This document shows positions 1-11,576 of a DNA stretch of 64,000 nucleotides, one piece after another. The notes below the pieces were generated by a model that was given only the letters and a program-made list of their open reading frames with translations, had not been told where the DNA came from and searched no databases. Both the position numbers and the translations under genes were made by a program. How positions within the stretch are numbered: position 1 is the first letter of the stretch; each line of letters begins with the position of its first letter. This DNA comes from Gnetum montanum (lineage: Eukaryota > Plantae > Gnetophyta), in contig MNCI01002249.1 in the NCBI GenBank assembly GCA_015680685.1, positions 1-64,000 of the forward strand. Reading direction: 5' to 3'.

Positions 1-265
1 AGGGCAAGCTGGAGTGTGCGAAGGCAGAGTGCCTTGAACAGTCCGCGCGCGGATCAAACAAGGACTTCCCCGAGCACCGCCGAAGCGTTATACGCTGGGT
101 TATACGTGAACTGGGCGTAAGCAATGAATCAGGCGTGCACGGCGTCAACAGCGTAAGCGGAAGTGAACATAGCGTGAGCGTGCGGGCGTGACAACATAGA
201 CCAAAATGAGCGCAGCGTGCGCGTGCAGGCGTGACAGCGTAAACAGAAATGAGCACAGCGTGAGC

Positions 266-812
266 NNNNNNNNNNNNNNNNNNNNNNNNNNNNNNNNNNN
301 NNNNNNNNNNNNNNNNNNNNNNNNNNNNNNNNNNNNNNNNNNNNNNNNNNNNNNNNNNNNNNNNNNNNNNNNNNNNNNNNNNNNNNNNNNNNNNNNNNNN
401 NNNNNNNNNNNNNNNNNNNNNNNNNNNNNNNNNNNNNNNNNNNNNNNNNNNNNNNNNNNNNNNNNNNNNNNNNNNNNNNNNNNNNNNNNNNNNNNNNNNN
501 NNNNNNNNNNNNNNNNNNNNNNNNNNNNNNNNNNNNNNNNNNNNNNNNNNNNNNNNNNNNNNNNNNNNNNNNNNNNNNNNNNNNNNNNNNNNNNNNNNNN
601 NNNNNNNNNNNNNNNNNNNNNNNNNNNNNNNNNNNNNNNNNNNNNNNNNNNNNNNNNNNNNNNNNNNNNNNNNNNNNNNNNNNNNNNNNNNNNNNNNNNN
701 NNNNNNNNNNNNNNNNNNNNNNNNNNNNNNNNNNNNNNNNNNNNNNNNNNNNNNNNNNNNNNNNNNNNNNNNNNNNNNNNNNNNNNNNNNNNNNNNNNNN
801 NNNNNNNNNNNN
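266..812. other. Assembly gap (547 N)
   Basis: Run of N. Confidence 1.
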
Positions 813-920
813 ACGCCGGGCGCAGAGACCGACGGATGCCCACTTGCTTCAATCCTTGCTCTTTGGTGTAATCTTCATGCTGCCGTTGGAAATCCTGTCG
901 TCGAGCGTGTACGCTGAGGA

Positions 921-1042
921 GCCGGGCGTAGACGCTGGGCGTAGACGCCGGGCGTGAACGCTGGGCGTGAACGCCGGACGTAGACACTGGGCGTAGACGC
1001 TGGGCGTGAACGCTGGGCGTAGACGCTGGGCGTGAACGCTGG
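921..1042. repeat. 13-bp tandem repeat (GGGCGTAGACGCT / GGGCGTGAACGCT), about 9 units, within LTR E
   Basis: Directly visible; a further unit flanks the gap at 813-826. Confidence 0.9.
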
Positions 1043-1345
1043 CACAACACTTAAAAATATTTTTGTGGTGTTTCACAAACAACATGGAAGAAATTTTTCA
1101 CATAAGCTCAGGTCTGAGTGATTAAGGAATAAAGATTCATTTTGAATTCTAGAACAACCCAACAAGTACAGAAAGAAAACAATTATGGCAAAAAGCTTAA
1201 AAGCCTTTCCATGTGTCATAAAATCAGAGATGATATTATTCAAATTTAATAACAATATTTAGTATAGATATGGTATTATTAGTTAATAAAGAAGATCATT
1301 ACCTAGAGGTTCAATGTTCATTTCAAACCAAGTTTATGAGGATGG

Positions 1346-2254
1346 TGATGAGAGCAGTTACTCTAGTAGTTATTCTAATTATTAGAGTGGTTATTCTAGC
1401 CGTTACTCTAGTAGTTATTCTAATTAATACAGTGGTTACTCTAGTAGTTACTCTAGTAGTTATTGTAATTATTAGAGTAGTTGCTCCCAAGCCTATAAAT
1501 ATAGTGCCCATGTGCACAATTGGGAAAGAAGTCTTTTAGCAGTCAAGTAGCAAAACTCTTGTAGTCTATTTGAAAGTTAGAGTATTTTCCAAGTGCCCAT
1601 AGTAGGAGGTCTAAGTGTGGATGGATCTTTATTCGAGCATTATGTACCTGAGCATACCTTGTGTATAGCAATAAAGACAAGCTCTTCAATTTATCCTTCT
1701 AGGACTTGAGATTTGTTTTCTTACACATTTCTTTTATTTTATTTTCTTATGCATTTATTTTATTTTATGCATTTTACATTTCTGTTATTAGCATAGCAAT
1801 TCATTTTGATCAATTAAGCAAATCATTAAATTACACAAGCACGACCATTTCGAGTGTGTGTGTAATGCTTGGTAACCCAGTAACGATTAGCGTTTGATAA
1901 TCCTAGCAGTGTTGCACTAGTTCATGATGTGTATGGCAAGTGGGAATAGATGGTGGTGTTAGGATTAGTTAGAACTTAGTTAATGAGTAGTGAAGTTAAA
2001 TTAGTCACTTAGTTACCTCTCTCCTTCCCTACTAGCATAGGACATAAAAACATAAAAGCTATAAAAATCATGTGCCTCAAGCTTACTTAACCATACAATT
2101 GTGACACACAGGTAAGCTTGGGAAGACAACGATCAACCAACCCATCCTTGTTCCACAAGGGTGCATAAGCACTTAGCTTTTGGAATTCAACTAGATCGTG
2201 CATGAAACGCTCATATTCGTATGCTTGAGCATAGGGGTACCTCGCCACTCATCA
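1346..2254 (+). repeat. 5' LTR of A (909 bp)
   Basis: TGATGAGAG...CTCATCA; homologous to 10273-11217; TATA-like CCTATAAAT at ~1492; ~33-bp GTTACTCTAGTAGTTATTCTAATTATTAGAGTG tandem units at 1357-1480. Confidence 0.95.
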
Positions 2255-2255
2255 T

Positions 2256-2273
2256 TAGCACCATTGCCAGGGA
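2256..2273 (+). promoter_or_regulatory. Primer-binding site of A (tRNA-Asp type)
   Basis: TAGCACCATTGCCAGGGA is TGGCGCCGTTGCCGGGGA, the Athila-type PBS, with four G->A changes. Confidence 0.85.
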
Positions 2274-2390
2274 CTTAGTTGTTTGTGCGCTAACTAGAAC
2301 ATAGGAAATCATTCACATCGTTGGAATGAACCCTTAGGGTTGGTTGAGAAAATAATAAACAAGAATACATTGCACACTGAACAAATAAGT

Positions 2391-5300
2391 ATGTCTCCTT
2401 CTTCATACAAAAGTGCCTCACTACCTAGGTCTGAAACAAGAAATAGTCAGCGATGTAATACACATGACGTTGATCAGCCAGTCCCTCAACAAGTTTGAGT
2501 GGTATATATTCATCCCGATGAGTATATACCAAACTTCACCTTTATCCTCCATCAAGATAAACAACTACGTTGGTGAGACTTAGAAGGTAACATAGTATTA
2601 CCTCCTGATCGTTTAGTCCTGAGCATGCTTCTTCATGTTCTCACACAAATTGGCATGCCACACTTACATGTAGAATACGTTGTGCAAGACCATGACTCAA
2701 AAGAATACTGTTCCACAAAGGCACAACATCAAAGGGACTTGCAATAGGAGAGACATCATAAGTCTTTGAAGGGTAAGTGGTCCCAGGATACCCCACATAT
2801 CTTATGCAAAAATGAGGGTGGTGAACCTACCTTAGCCAGTCACCCACATAATGATGTTCCTCCCCTTCACTTTGGCCAAGGGGTTGTGTATCAAAACCTT
2901 CATTTCACTGTTCATGACCTAGGTTCTGATACCCATGGGCACAAAGGATCTAAAAAAGGAACATGGACACATGATAAAGGTGGACATTTTGATCACAATT
3001 GTGATCGAGGCTGTGACCGTAGAAGAGAAGGTAGTAGACACCATCATGGTGATGGTTCCCCTTCTTCTTTATCTTCATCATCTCCTTCACCCTCTCCTTC
3101 AGTATCTAGACATAGTCATAAAGAAAAAGACCATGGGGATGGAGGTAGGCAAAGTGGAAGTCATAGGAAAAATGGTCAGGAAAGGGGACGAGGGCACTCT
3201 AGAGAGTCACGACATAGAAAAAGGAAGAGTAGGGAACAGCGTAGGCATCATAGACACCATGGACGAGACGATCATGATGAACCCCTACTCGCTACTTGAA
3301 GTATGCTAGACATAACTGAGGCTGTTAGAATTCCAACAAGGCACCAGAAAGATAGTAAGATCAAGAGATTAGATATGAACAACATCCCACAATTTGAAGG
3401 GGGATACAATGTTGATCCTCAAAATCACTTACAAGAATTCCATGATGCGTGTGCCTTACAAAACATAGAGAACGAATGGCAAAAACTTAAGTTGTTCCCA
3501 TGGACACTACTTAAAGAAGTGGAAAGCTGGTACCTATCCTTAGAATCGGAATCCATTTATAGATGGAGTACTATGTTAGAATTATTCAACAATAAGTACC
3601 AAACGTACTCTTGAGTGTCTAACCTACGAAAGCAAATCCAAGGCTAGAAACAAGGAGGACATGAACCCTTGGATGCTGCCATGGGTCGATACTATGCACT
3701 GTTACATTGTTATCCTGGCCATGGTTATTTGCAAAGGAATCAACAACACCATATCGTAGATGGGCTTAGGTATGAAACGAGAAGAACCCTTGGGAATTAT
3801 GCCCAAGGAAGACTATCTAAGCTTAGGTCCCATCAAATTTAAAGACTATTGGAGCAAGTCAGTAAAGAAGAAGGTGAGCTATGGAAGAGAGAAAATGTAA
3901 AAGAGTATAACTGAGATCCTTCCCTTTGGAAGAGGGGAGTAAGATTCTGTGAGGATGAAGAAGAGTCATCACTCGAAGAGATGATGAATAGGAAAACTTT
4001 GCCTATCCAAAAGATGACATCAGAAGTTTTCACAAAGGTAGACCAAATGTGGGATTCCCTAGATAATAGATTTCAAAATGTTCTTAAAATAATAGAGGAG
4101 TCTAGAGAGCAAGGTAGTGATCGCGAAAAAAGAAAAAAGAGAGAAGTTGAACATGCATGTAGCAAGGGTAAGGGCAAAGTTGCCATCATTGAAGAGGTTG
4201 TGGAGTCAAAAATAGATAATGATAGTGGATGTGAAATATGTCAGTATGACCATTATAATCTCACATTTGTAAGAGTCTGGGGTGTATGCACTCAACCCAT
4301 GATTGAATAAATGGCAAGCACCCCAAAGGTTACCTAACCCCCAAGGTAACCCAAGATAGTTCATCCAACCCTTAACATATTATCCCAGTGCAACTCCACC
4401 ACAACTAATTGAGCAATATCAATAATGGCAATACCCACAATCATGGGAAATGCCACCACTAATGCAATAGTATCCTTACCGGCAACCTGACTCGTATGAA
4501 TATTACGTGCAGCAGCCAATCTCTCCATGTGACTCTACTAGTCATGTTACTACTCAACCTCACTACCAAGCTCATGAGTATTATGGGACTCCTTCTTCTA
4601 GAGGCAATATTCTTCAAGCATATCATCATTCTCATTCGACCGCATCTTTTCCACCAATAGCTCAACTACCACCTGCTCCCACGATGCAAGGTGAAATCCC
4701 TACCCAACCGTAGCAACGTAACGCCACGAGGGTTGTTAACTCTCAACCTAATATTGGTTCCAACAATCACATGAAGAAAAGACCTTTCTTCAGAACCAAC
4801 AGTCTAACCAAGCCCTTGCAATCACAAGCAGCTGATTCCTTAGATACCTTAGTATTAATCAAAACTTTGAAGCCCCCTTTAACCTAATCACCACACTCAA
4901 TGCATCGAGTCATGCTAACACATGCCATCACCAATTGGATCAAAGCTGGCCACCTTCTCAAGAAATTCTCTAATCCTGGGAGTTCTTTGATATACTTACA
5001 AATCATTGGAAATGCATTGTGTAAGGCTCTTCTGGATTCAAGTTTTAGTTTTAACTTGATTTCTCAAGAAATGTACAAGGCATGGAACCTACCTCCATTA
5101 AAAAAGACCAACATACGTCTAGAGTTGGCCAACCAGTCCATCATTGTCCCATTGGGATTGGTGGAAGACATTGTTACCACTGTTTGTGAGTGGTTGTACC
5201 CATCTTATTTCCTAGTGATTCAAGTAAACAATGGTAAGGGGGACTTCCCAATCATAATGGGAAGATCATGGCTAAGCACCATCGATGCACACCTAGGAAT

Positions 5301-8300
5301 CCATAATCTTTCCCTAGAAATATCAAAGAAAAATACATTCAAAAAGATCAAAAAGAAGAAAGTTTTGTGCATCGCATACAGTGACACAGGGTGTAATTTT
5401 GTGCAGAGGTCATGGTTTGTGAAAAGTTTAGCATTTCTTGGATGCAATCAGTGTGCATAAGTGATTAATATATAAAGATGCCCATATGTAGCAACCACAC
5501 GATAGGAAGACACCCAGTGGCTAATAGCTAATCAAGAAAGTAGTCCACTCATATGCATGGAACCAACTAATGGTTTGACTTGTGCTTATGTCGATAGCAT
5601 AAACACATTAAAGTAAGTCCACTGCCAACTTCCAAGTCTTAACCTTGAAAATATCAACTGGGGGAAGTTGGAAATCCCTAAGAAATTTAAGAAGGATCCC
5701 CTCAAGCTAAAACCATTGCCCACTAGTATGGAATACATGTTCCTTAAAAATGGAAAACAGGTAATTATCAAAGTTAAGGTTACTCCTCAATAGAAAGAAA
5801 AACTACTAAGGGTAATAAATAAATGGTCATAAGCCTTTGCTTGATCATATCCTGAATTAACTGAAATAGATCCTAGGATATGCCAACATAGAATTTACCC
5901 TGACCCTTCCATGAAGCCTCAAAGACAACTAGAGAGGTGATTGAACGCTAAGCTAAAGCAAGTAGTTAAGATACAAATCAAACAGCTTCTCAAGGATGGG
6001 TTCATATACCCCATTGCTGATAGCGAATGGGTTAGCCCCTTAGTTATTGTGCCTAAAAAGGGAGGCAAATGGAGGGTGTGCATAGATTTTAGGCTCCTAA
6101 ATATGGCAACATTCAAAGATTACTTTTCATTGCCATTTGTTGGCCAAGTCTTAGACACCATCGCAGGGCATTGCTATTACAGTTTTTTGGATGGATATAG
6201 CAAATATAACCAAATACAAATAGCCCCAAAAGACCAAGCCAAGACTATGTTCACCAGTCCTTGTGGAATGTTTGCATACAAATAGATGTCATTTGGCTTG
6301 CGCAATGCCCCTACAACATTTTAACAACTAGTTCTAAGCATATTCTAATGGTAGATAGGGAATGGTATGGAGGTCTTTATGGATGACTTCTCCACTTATG
6401 GAGAAAAATTTGATCAAGCCTTGGACCAGTTGAAGCAAATGTTAAAAAGATGTGCAGAAACTAATTTGAGGCTCAATTGGCAGAAGAGCCATTTGATGGT
6501 CCAAGAAGGCATATTACGAGGACACAAAATCTGACACATAGGGATAGAGGTAGACCCTAAGAAAATCAAAATTATCCAAGGAATTACCCATCAACCAGAA
6601 ACTGTCAAAGATATTCGGTCATTCCTTGGACATACTGGCTACTATAGGAGATTTATTAAGAACTTTTCAAAGGTTTCCAAATCATTGGTATAATTAACAA
6701 AAAAGGACGTACCTTTTGAGTGCACCAAGGAATGCGAATTAACTTTCCAAACTTTGAAACAGAAGCTAGTAGAAACACCCATTCTGCAAGCTCCTGACAG
6801 GTCCAAACCATTCCATATCATGACTGACGCGTCCAACTATGCCTTAGGAGCCATACTTACACAGTTAGATGACCAGAAGCATCCTTACTACATCCACTGT
6901 GCAAGTAGAAGTATCGTTGCTACACCACGTAACTACACTACCACAAAGAAAGAATTAATGGCTATAGTGTTTACATTAGAAAAGGTTAGACACTATGTAT
7001 TAGGATATAAAGTATATGTACATACAGATCATAATGTAATTTGGTTCCTCATGAATAACCCAATGGTAAGCCCTTGTATCATATGATGACTTGTAATCTT
7101 ACAAGAGTTCAATCTTACGATTATTTATTGTAAAGGCATTGAGAACATAGTTTTTGATCATTTATGTTAGTTGCGATGGGACAACAAAGAGGATGAGTAT
7201 CAAATTTCTAATTATTTCCCTAATGAATTCCTCTTTTCTGGAGTAGTGAATAATCAATCACCCATGGAGAAAAATTGGTATAGTAGCATTCTTACCTATC
7301 TCCTCACCCAACAAACATCACAAGAGTTAAACCTTAAGAAGAAACAACAGTTTCTTCACCAAGCCAAGTACTTTATGGAGATCAATGGGCAACTTTACAA
7401 AGTTTGTCCCAATGGCTTGGTTCGATGGTGTGTTCCTGATATAGATCAACTACAAGTTCTCCAAGATGCTCATGAGGGTCCCTGTGGGGGTCATTATGCT
7501 GGGAGATGAATGGCCATCAAGATCCTACTTGCAAGATATTATTGGCCTACATTATTTTGGGATGTCCATCATTTCATCCAATCTTGTGAGCACTATCAAT
7601 GTGATGGGGGAATGATTGCTAGAATGGAGGATCTGCAATAATGGATTCAACCATTAGAACCCTTCAACATTTGGGGAATTGATTTTATGGGGCCAATTAC
7701 ACCAATGTTCAATAGAAAAGCTTATATTATTGTTACTATTGATTACCTAATAAAATGTGTAGAAGAAGCTTCTATTAAGGATTGTACATCATCTACAATT
7801 GCATGATTTATTTAACAACAAATCATAAATAGGCTTGGTGTGCCACGTGCACTTATTTTAGACAATGGTACACACTTCACAAGTGCAACTTTTAAAAAAT
7901 GAATGCAACGCTTAGGAGTTGAACACAAACTAACAACACCATACAGCCCCCAAGTGAATGGTTAAGCTGAAGTTACCAATAGGAAGATTATGAAAATATT
8001 AACAAGAACTATTAGCAAGTTTAGGCGAGACTAGAGCACTAAACTAAATGATGCTCTTTGGGCATACCGCTCCACATGGAAACTCCCTATAGGCTACTCT
8101 CCCTATAAGTTAGTGTACTATAAATTAGCAATGCTTCCCATTCAAACTGAGCTCCATACACTATCCAGGACATGTGACCTCAACCTTAACCTTGACCAAG
8201 CATAGAAACTGTTGGTCAATGTGCAATAAACCAAACCTTTCCAAGAGCTTAGGACAGCTAGTACACATGCTACCTTTCTTGATGGACAAAATTGCTTACT

Positions 8301-8340
8301 ATTTCAGATCTCCTCCTTCCAACTTAGTCATGGGGGAGAT
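2391..8340 (+). pseudogene. gag-pol pseudogene of A (gag ~2391-4700, protease ~4900-5300, RT ~5900-6600, RNase H ~6750-7150, integrase ~7400-8200)
   Basis: ORF fragments: DPQNHLQEFHDAC...KLFPWTL (gag); KALLDSSFSFNLI (PR); SEWVSPLVIVPKKGGKWRVCIDFR and YYSFLDGYSKYNQI, plus FMDDF (RT); TDASNYALGAIL (RH); HEGPCGGH, WGIDFMGP (INT). Many stops and frameshifts. Confidence 0.95.
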
Positions 8341-10272
8341 GGCAACCTATGCTAACCATTCTAGGCTCTCATTTCTTTTTGAATTTTTTTTTACACATTT
8401 TTTTTTTACACATTCTTTCAAATTTTCTTATTTTTGTTTTACACCATCGTTCATGTTTTTACTATTTCTTTGTTTACTTGATTTATTTTTATTCATCATC
8501 TAATAAGTACTCATGATGATGGATTAAATTATATCATATTGATTGGTAATGTTTGGTTTTTACCTTTGAATTATGATGCTGATATTAAGGTATGGTTCTT
8601 TTGGTAAAACAGTCAATGAGTCCATGTCGTCCACTCATCCATAAAACTCTATGGTCTCCTTTGGCTTGGAACTGTACAATCCCCTTTTTCTAAGTAAACT
8701 TATTAATGAATTAGTGGCTGGGTATTTTTCAAACCAAGGAAATACTCAAAGGATGAAAAGGATGTGCCTTCAAGGGGATTCAATGCATTGGTGTTGGCCA
8801 TTCTCTTAGGTGCTTGGATGTTTTTTCTTGGGTTTTCCACCATTCTAACATTGTTCAAAAATTAGGAAGCTGAGTGAATAAAAATAAGTATTTGCATGGT
8901 GTGGTTCTCATGCAAAAAAAAATAAAGAAAGATAAAAAAAAAGGTGTGAGAATTCAAAGCACACCCCTTAGACATAATAAAGCAATATGGCTACAAGCAC
9001 TAGTTATGGAACTAGAAAGACATGTTACTCATGCCTGAAGGTTCTCTCTAACTAAAGCCCTTTCTCGCTTCCTGCTTCTCCATATTGCTCTCCTCAGAAT
9101 GGTGGTGACTCTTTGTGGAAGCATTCTTGTTACCTCAAGAGGATGGATTGGCCAAGTGTATTGATGCGAGGTCACTGAATGTGGTTGGTTTGAGTCTAGA
9201 TTTGGGATGATTTCTACTCAGTTATCTTAACCATGAAATACACAAGGGGCTTTACACAACCTTGTTCTTGGGATTCCATTCCATTCTTTCCTCTCCATCT
9301 TTCTTCCCATTTTTCCACCTCATTGTCAGTTCTATCATTAATCCATTTCTAGGTTGATGCATTATTTTTCTTTGGTGAATTCTTAAGGGTAAGTTTTTCA
9401 CTCTTGCTTCCAAATGACATTCCTAAAGCCTACGAACTCTTTGGTTTGTGGGTTTGTCAAGGCATAAAGGGCATGAGCCTACCTTGGGGAGGACCCACTG
9501 GCATTTCTTTTTGGTGCAATTTTTAACTTCTTTCCCTTAAACATTTCTTGCAATCAATCATTTCTTATTTCATCCCCATCCATGACATCCATTTTATTGG
9601 CATTCTCATTGATATTTTTCATCTTTCTTGTTCCTCATGTTTTTCCATCTTATAGCTATTAGAGGTTCGCTCTTAGTCATGAGAGCCCTAGCATAAATTT
9701 TTCAATTTTTTCCATTTTACTAATTGCCTAACCCCTACACCTTGGGTAGTTGCGAGTGATAAATCTTTGAACCAGTTTCTTCCATAACCACAACTTAGCC
9801 AATGCGCTTTATATCAAGGTAAGGTATCAACTGCATTGTGGATTATCTATCCTTGGTCATTTGTGACTGTGTTATGTGTGTAGATGGAGATCATACAAAC
9901 AATGGACTAGGCTTGGAGGAAGCACTTAGGATGGACTGAAAATAGAGCATTTACAAAAGGAGCAAGTTTGGTGGCATCACTATGGATAAATAACGTAAGG
10001 TACAATCTTGGCATTAGCGGCAACACGCTTCATCTTCTTTCTCTCTCTTTCTCTTCAAACTACCAAATAAAGCCTTGGATGTCATTTATGTATGAGTTTT
10101 CACCACAATGGTCATGAACACTAATGTTGTAATATGCTTATTGATCCATTCACTAGGCACATTGAGTTTGTCATCCCATTCCATCATCAATTGTTAATTA
10201 GTCAATAATCCCATACCTTCCCAATATTTTGTAAGGAACTCAAGGACAAGTTTTCATTTAGTCATGGGGGTA

Positions 10273-11217
10273 TGATGAGAGTGGTTACTCTAGTAGTTAT
10301 TCTAATTATTATAGTTGTTACTCTAGCAGTTATTCTAATTATTAGAGTGGTTACTCTAGTGCTTACTCTATTCAAATTATTAGAGTGGTTAATCTAGTGG
10401 TTACTTTAGTAGTTATTCTAATTATTCGCGTAGTTTCTTCCAAGCCTATAAATACAGTGCCCAAGCACATAATTGGGAAAGAAGTATTTTAGCACTCAAG
10501 TAGCAAAACTATTATAATATGTTTGAAAGTTAGAGTATTTTTCAAGTGCCCGTAGTAGGAGGTCTAAGTGTGGATAGATCTTTATTTGAGCATTGTGTAC
10601 CTGAGCACACCTTGTGTATGGCAATAAATACAAGCTCTTTCATTCATCCTTGTAGCACTTGAGATTTGTTTTCTTACACATTTATTTTATTTTATTTTCT
10701 TATGTATTTATTTTATTTTATTTTATTTTATGCACTTTGCATTTCTGTTATTAGCACAACAATTCATTTTGATCAATTAAGTAAATCATTAAATTACACA
10801 AGCATGACCGCTTCGAGCATGCGTGTAATACTTGGTAACCTGGTAACGATTAGCATTTGGTAATTCCAGTAGTGCTGCACTAGTTCAGGATGTGTATGGA
10901 AAGTGGGAATGGATGCTAGTGTTAGGATTACTTAGAACTTAGTTAATGAGTAGTTAAGTTAAATTAGTCACTTAGTTACCTCTCTCCTTCCCTATTAGCA
11001 TAGGACATAAAAACATAAAAGCTATAAGAATCATATGCCTCAAGCTTACTTAACCATACAATCGTGACATACAGGTAGGCTTGGGAAGACAACGATCAAC
11101 CAACTTGTCTTTATTCCACAAGGGCACATAAGCCCTTAGTCCTTGGAATTCAACCAGATCATGCATGAAACACTCGTATTCGTATGGTTGAGTTTAGGGG
11201 TACATTGTCGCTCATCA
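10273..11217 (+). repeat. 3' LTR of A (945 bp), preceded by PPT GGGGG (10266-10270)
   Basis: Homologous to 1346-2254. Confidence 0.95.
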
Positions 11218-11576
11218 AATGGTAAATGAGAAAAAGCTTAACCTCTTTGATTCATTGTACCTAGACTCATATTCCAACACTCACACTCAAACCCACATCT
11301 TTTGAACTAAGAAATAAACACCTTACCTTCACTCTAAATGGTTTTGAATAAAAAAATAATTTTTGATTTAGTACCTATTTCAAGTTGACAATAGTTTACA
11401 TAAGGTTTTTTCATACATTTTTTGAAAGGATGACATATCTTGTTTTCCTTTTAATTCTAAAGTTGCATACCATATTATTTCCAAAAGTGATTTTATTCCT
11501 AACAAATTTAATAAGGCCTAAAATATGCAATTATCTCCTCACTTTTGGATGAGGAACATGGAAGATATTTGGAAAG

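Larger units (their letters stand above)
1..1075 (-). mobile_element. Element E: LTR (U3 terminus at 1075) of a Tat-lineage Ty3/Gypsy element related to C/D; continues beyond the window start
   Basis: Ends GTGGTGTTTCA (1065-1075), the reverse complement of the TGAAACACCAC terminus of D's LTRs and like C's end at 40863. Positions 1-180 align with C's LTR ~11650-11820 (e.g. GTGCCTTGAACA; aaggactt/agggactt). Host sequence resumes at 1076 (caaacaacatggaag ~ cgaacgacatgaaag at 53536). Confidence 0.75.
1346..11217 (+). mobile_element. Element A: decayed Athila-type Ty3/Gypsy LTR retrotransposon, 9.9 kb
   Basis: Paired LTRs TGATGAG...CTCATCA; TSD GATGG (1341-1345)/AATGG (11218-11222); empty site at ~53797-53815 (atgaggatggcaaatgag); tRNA-Asp-type PBS; domain order PR-RT-RH-INT. 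Confidence 0.95.

Noticed and set aside
145-1050. Long ORFs of 301 and 221 aa
   Set aside because: They span the N gap and a 13-bp tandem repeat; artefacts.
1270-1539. Hydrophobic repetitive ORF (VTLVVILII...)
   Set aside because: Translation of the 33-bp LTR repeat, crossing the element boundary.
2935-3309. Overlapping alternative-frame ORF, also open in B (42725-43159)
   Set aside because: Explained by the low-complexity GAT/CAT/AGA composition, which yields stop-poor shifted frames.
8174-8503. Phe-rich ORF after pol as a possible env/TM protein (also 48324-48554)
   Set aside because: Produced by a T-rich non-coding tract; the A and B peptides do not look conserved beyond composition.
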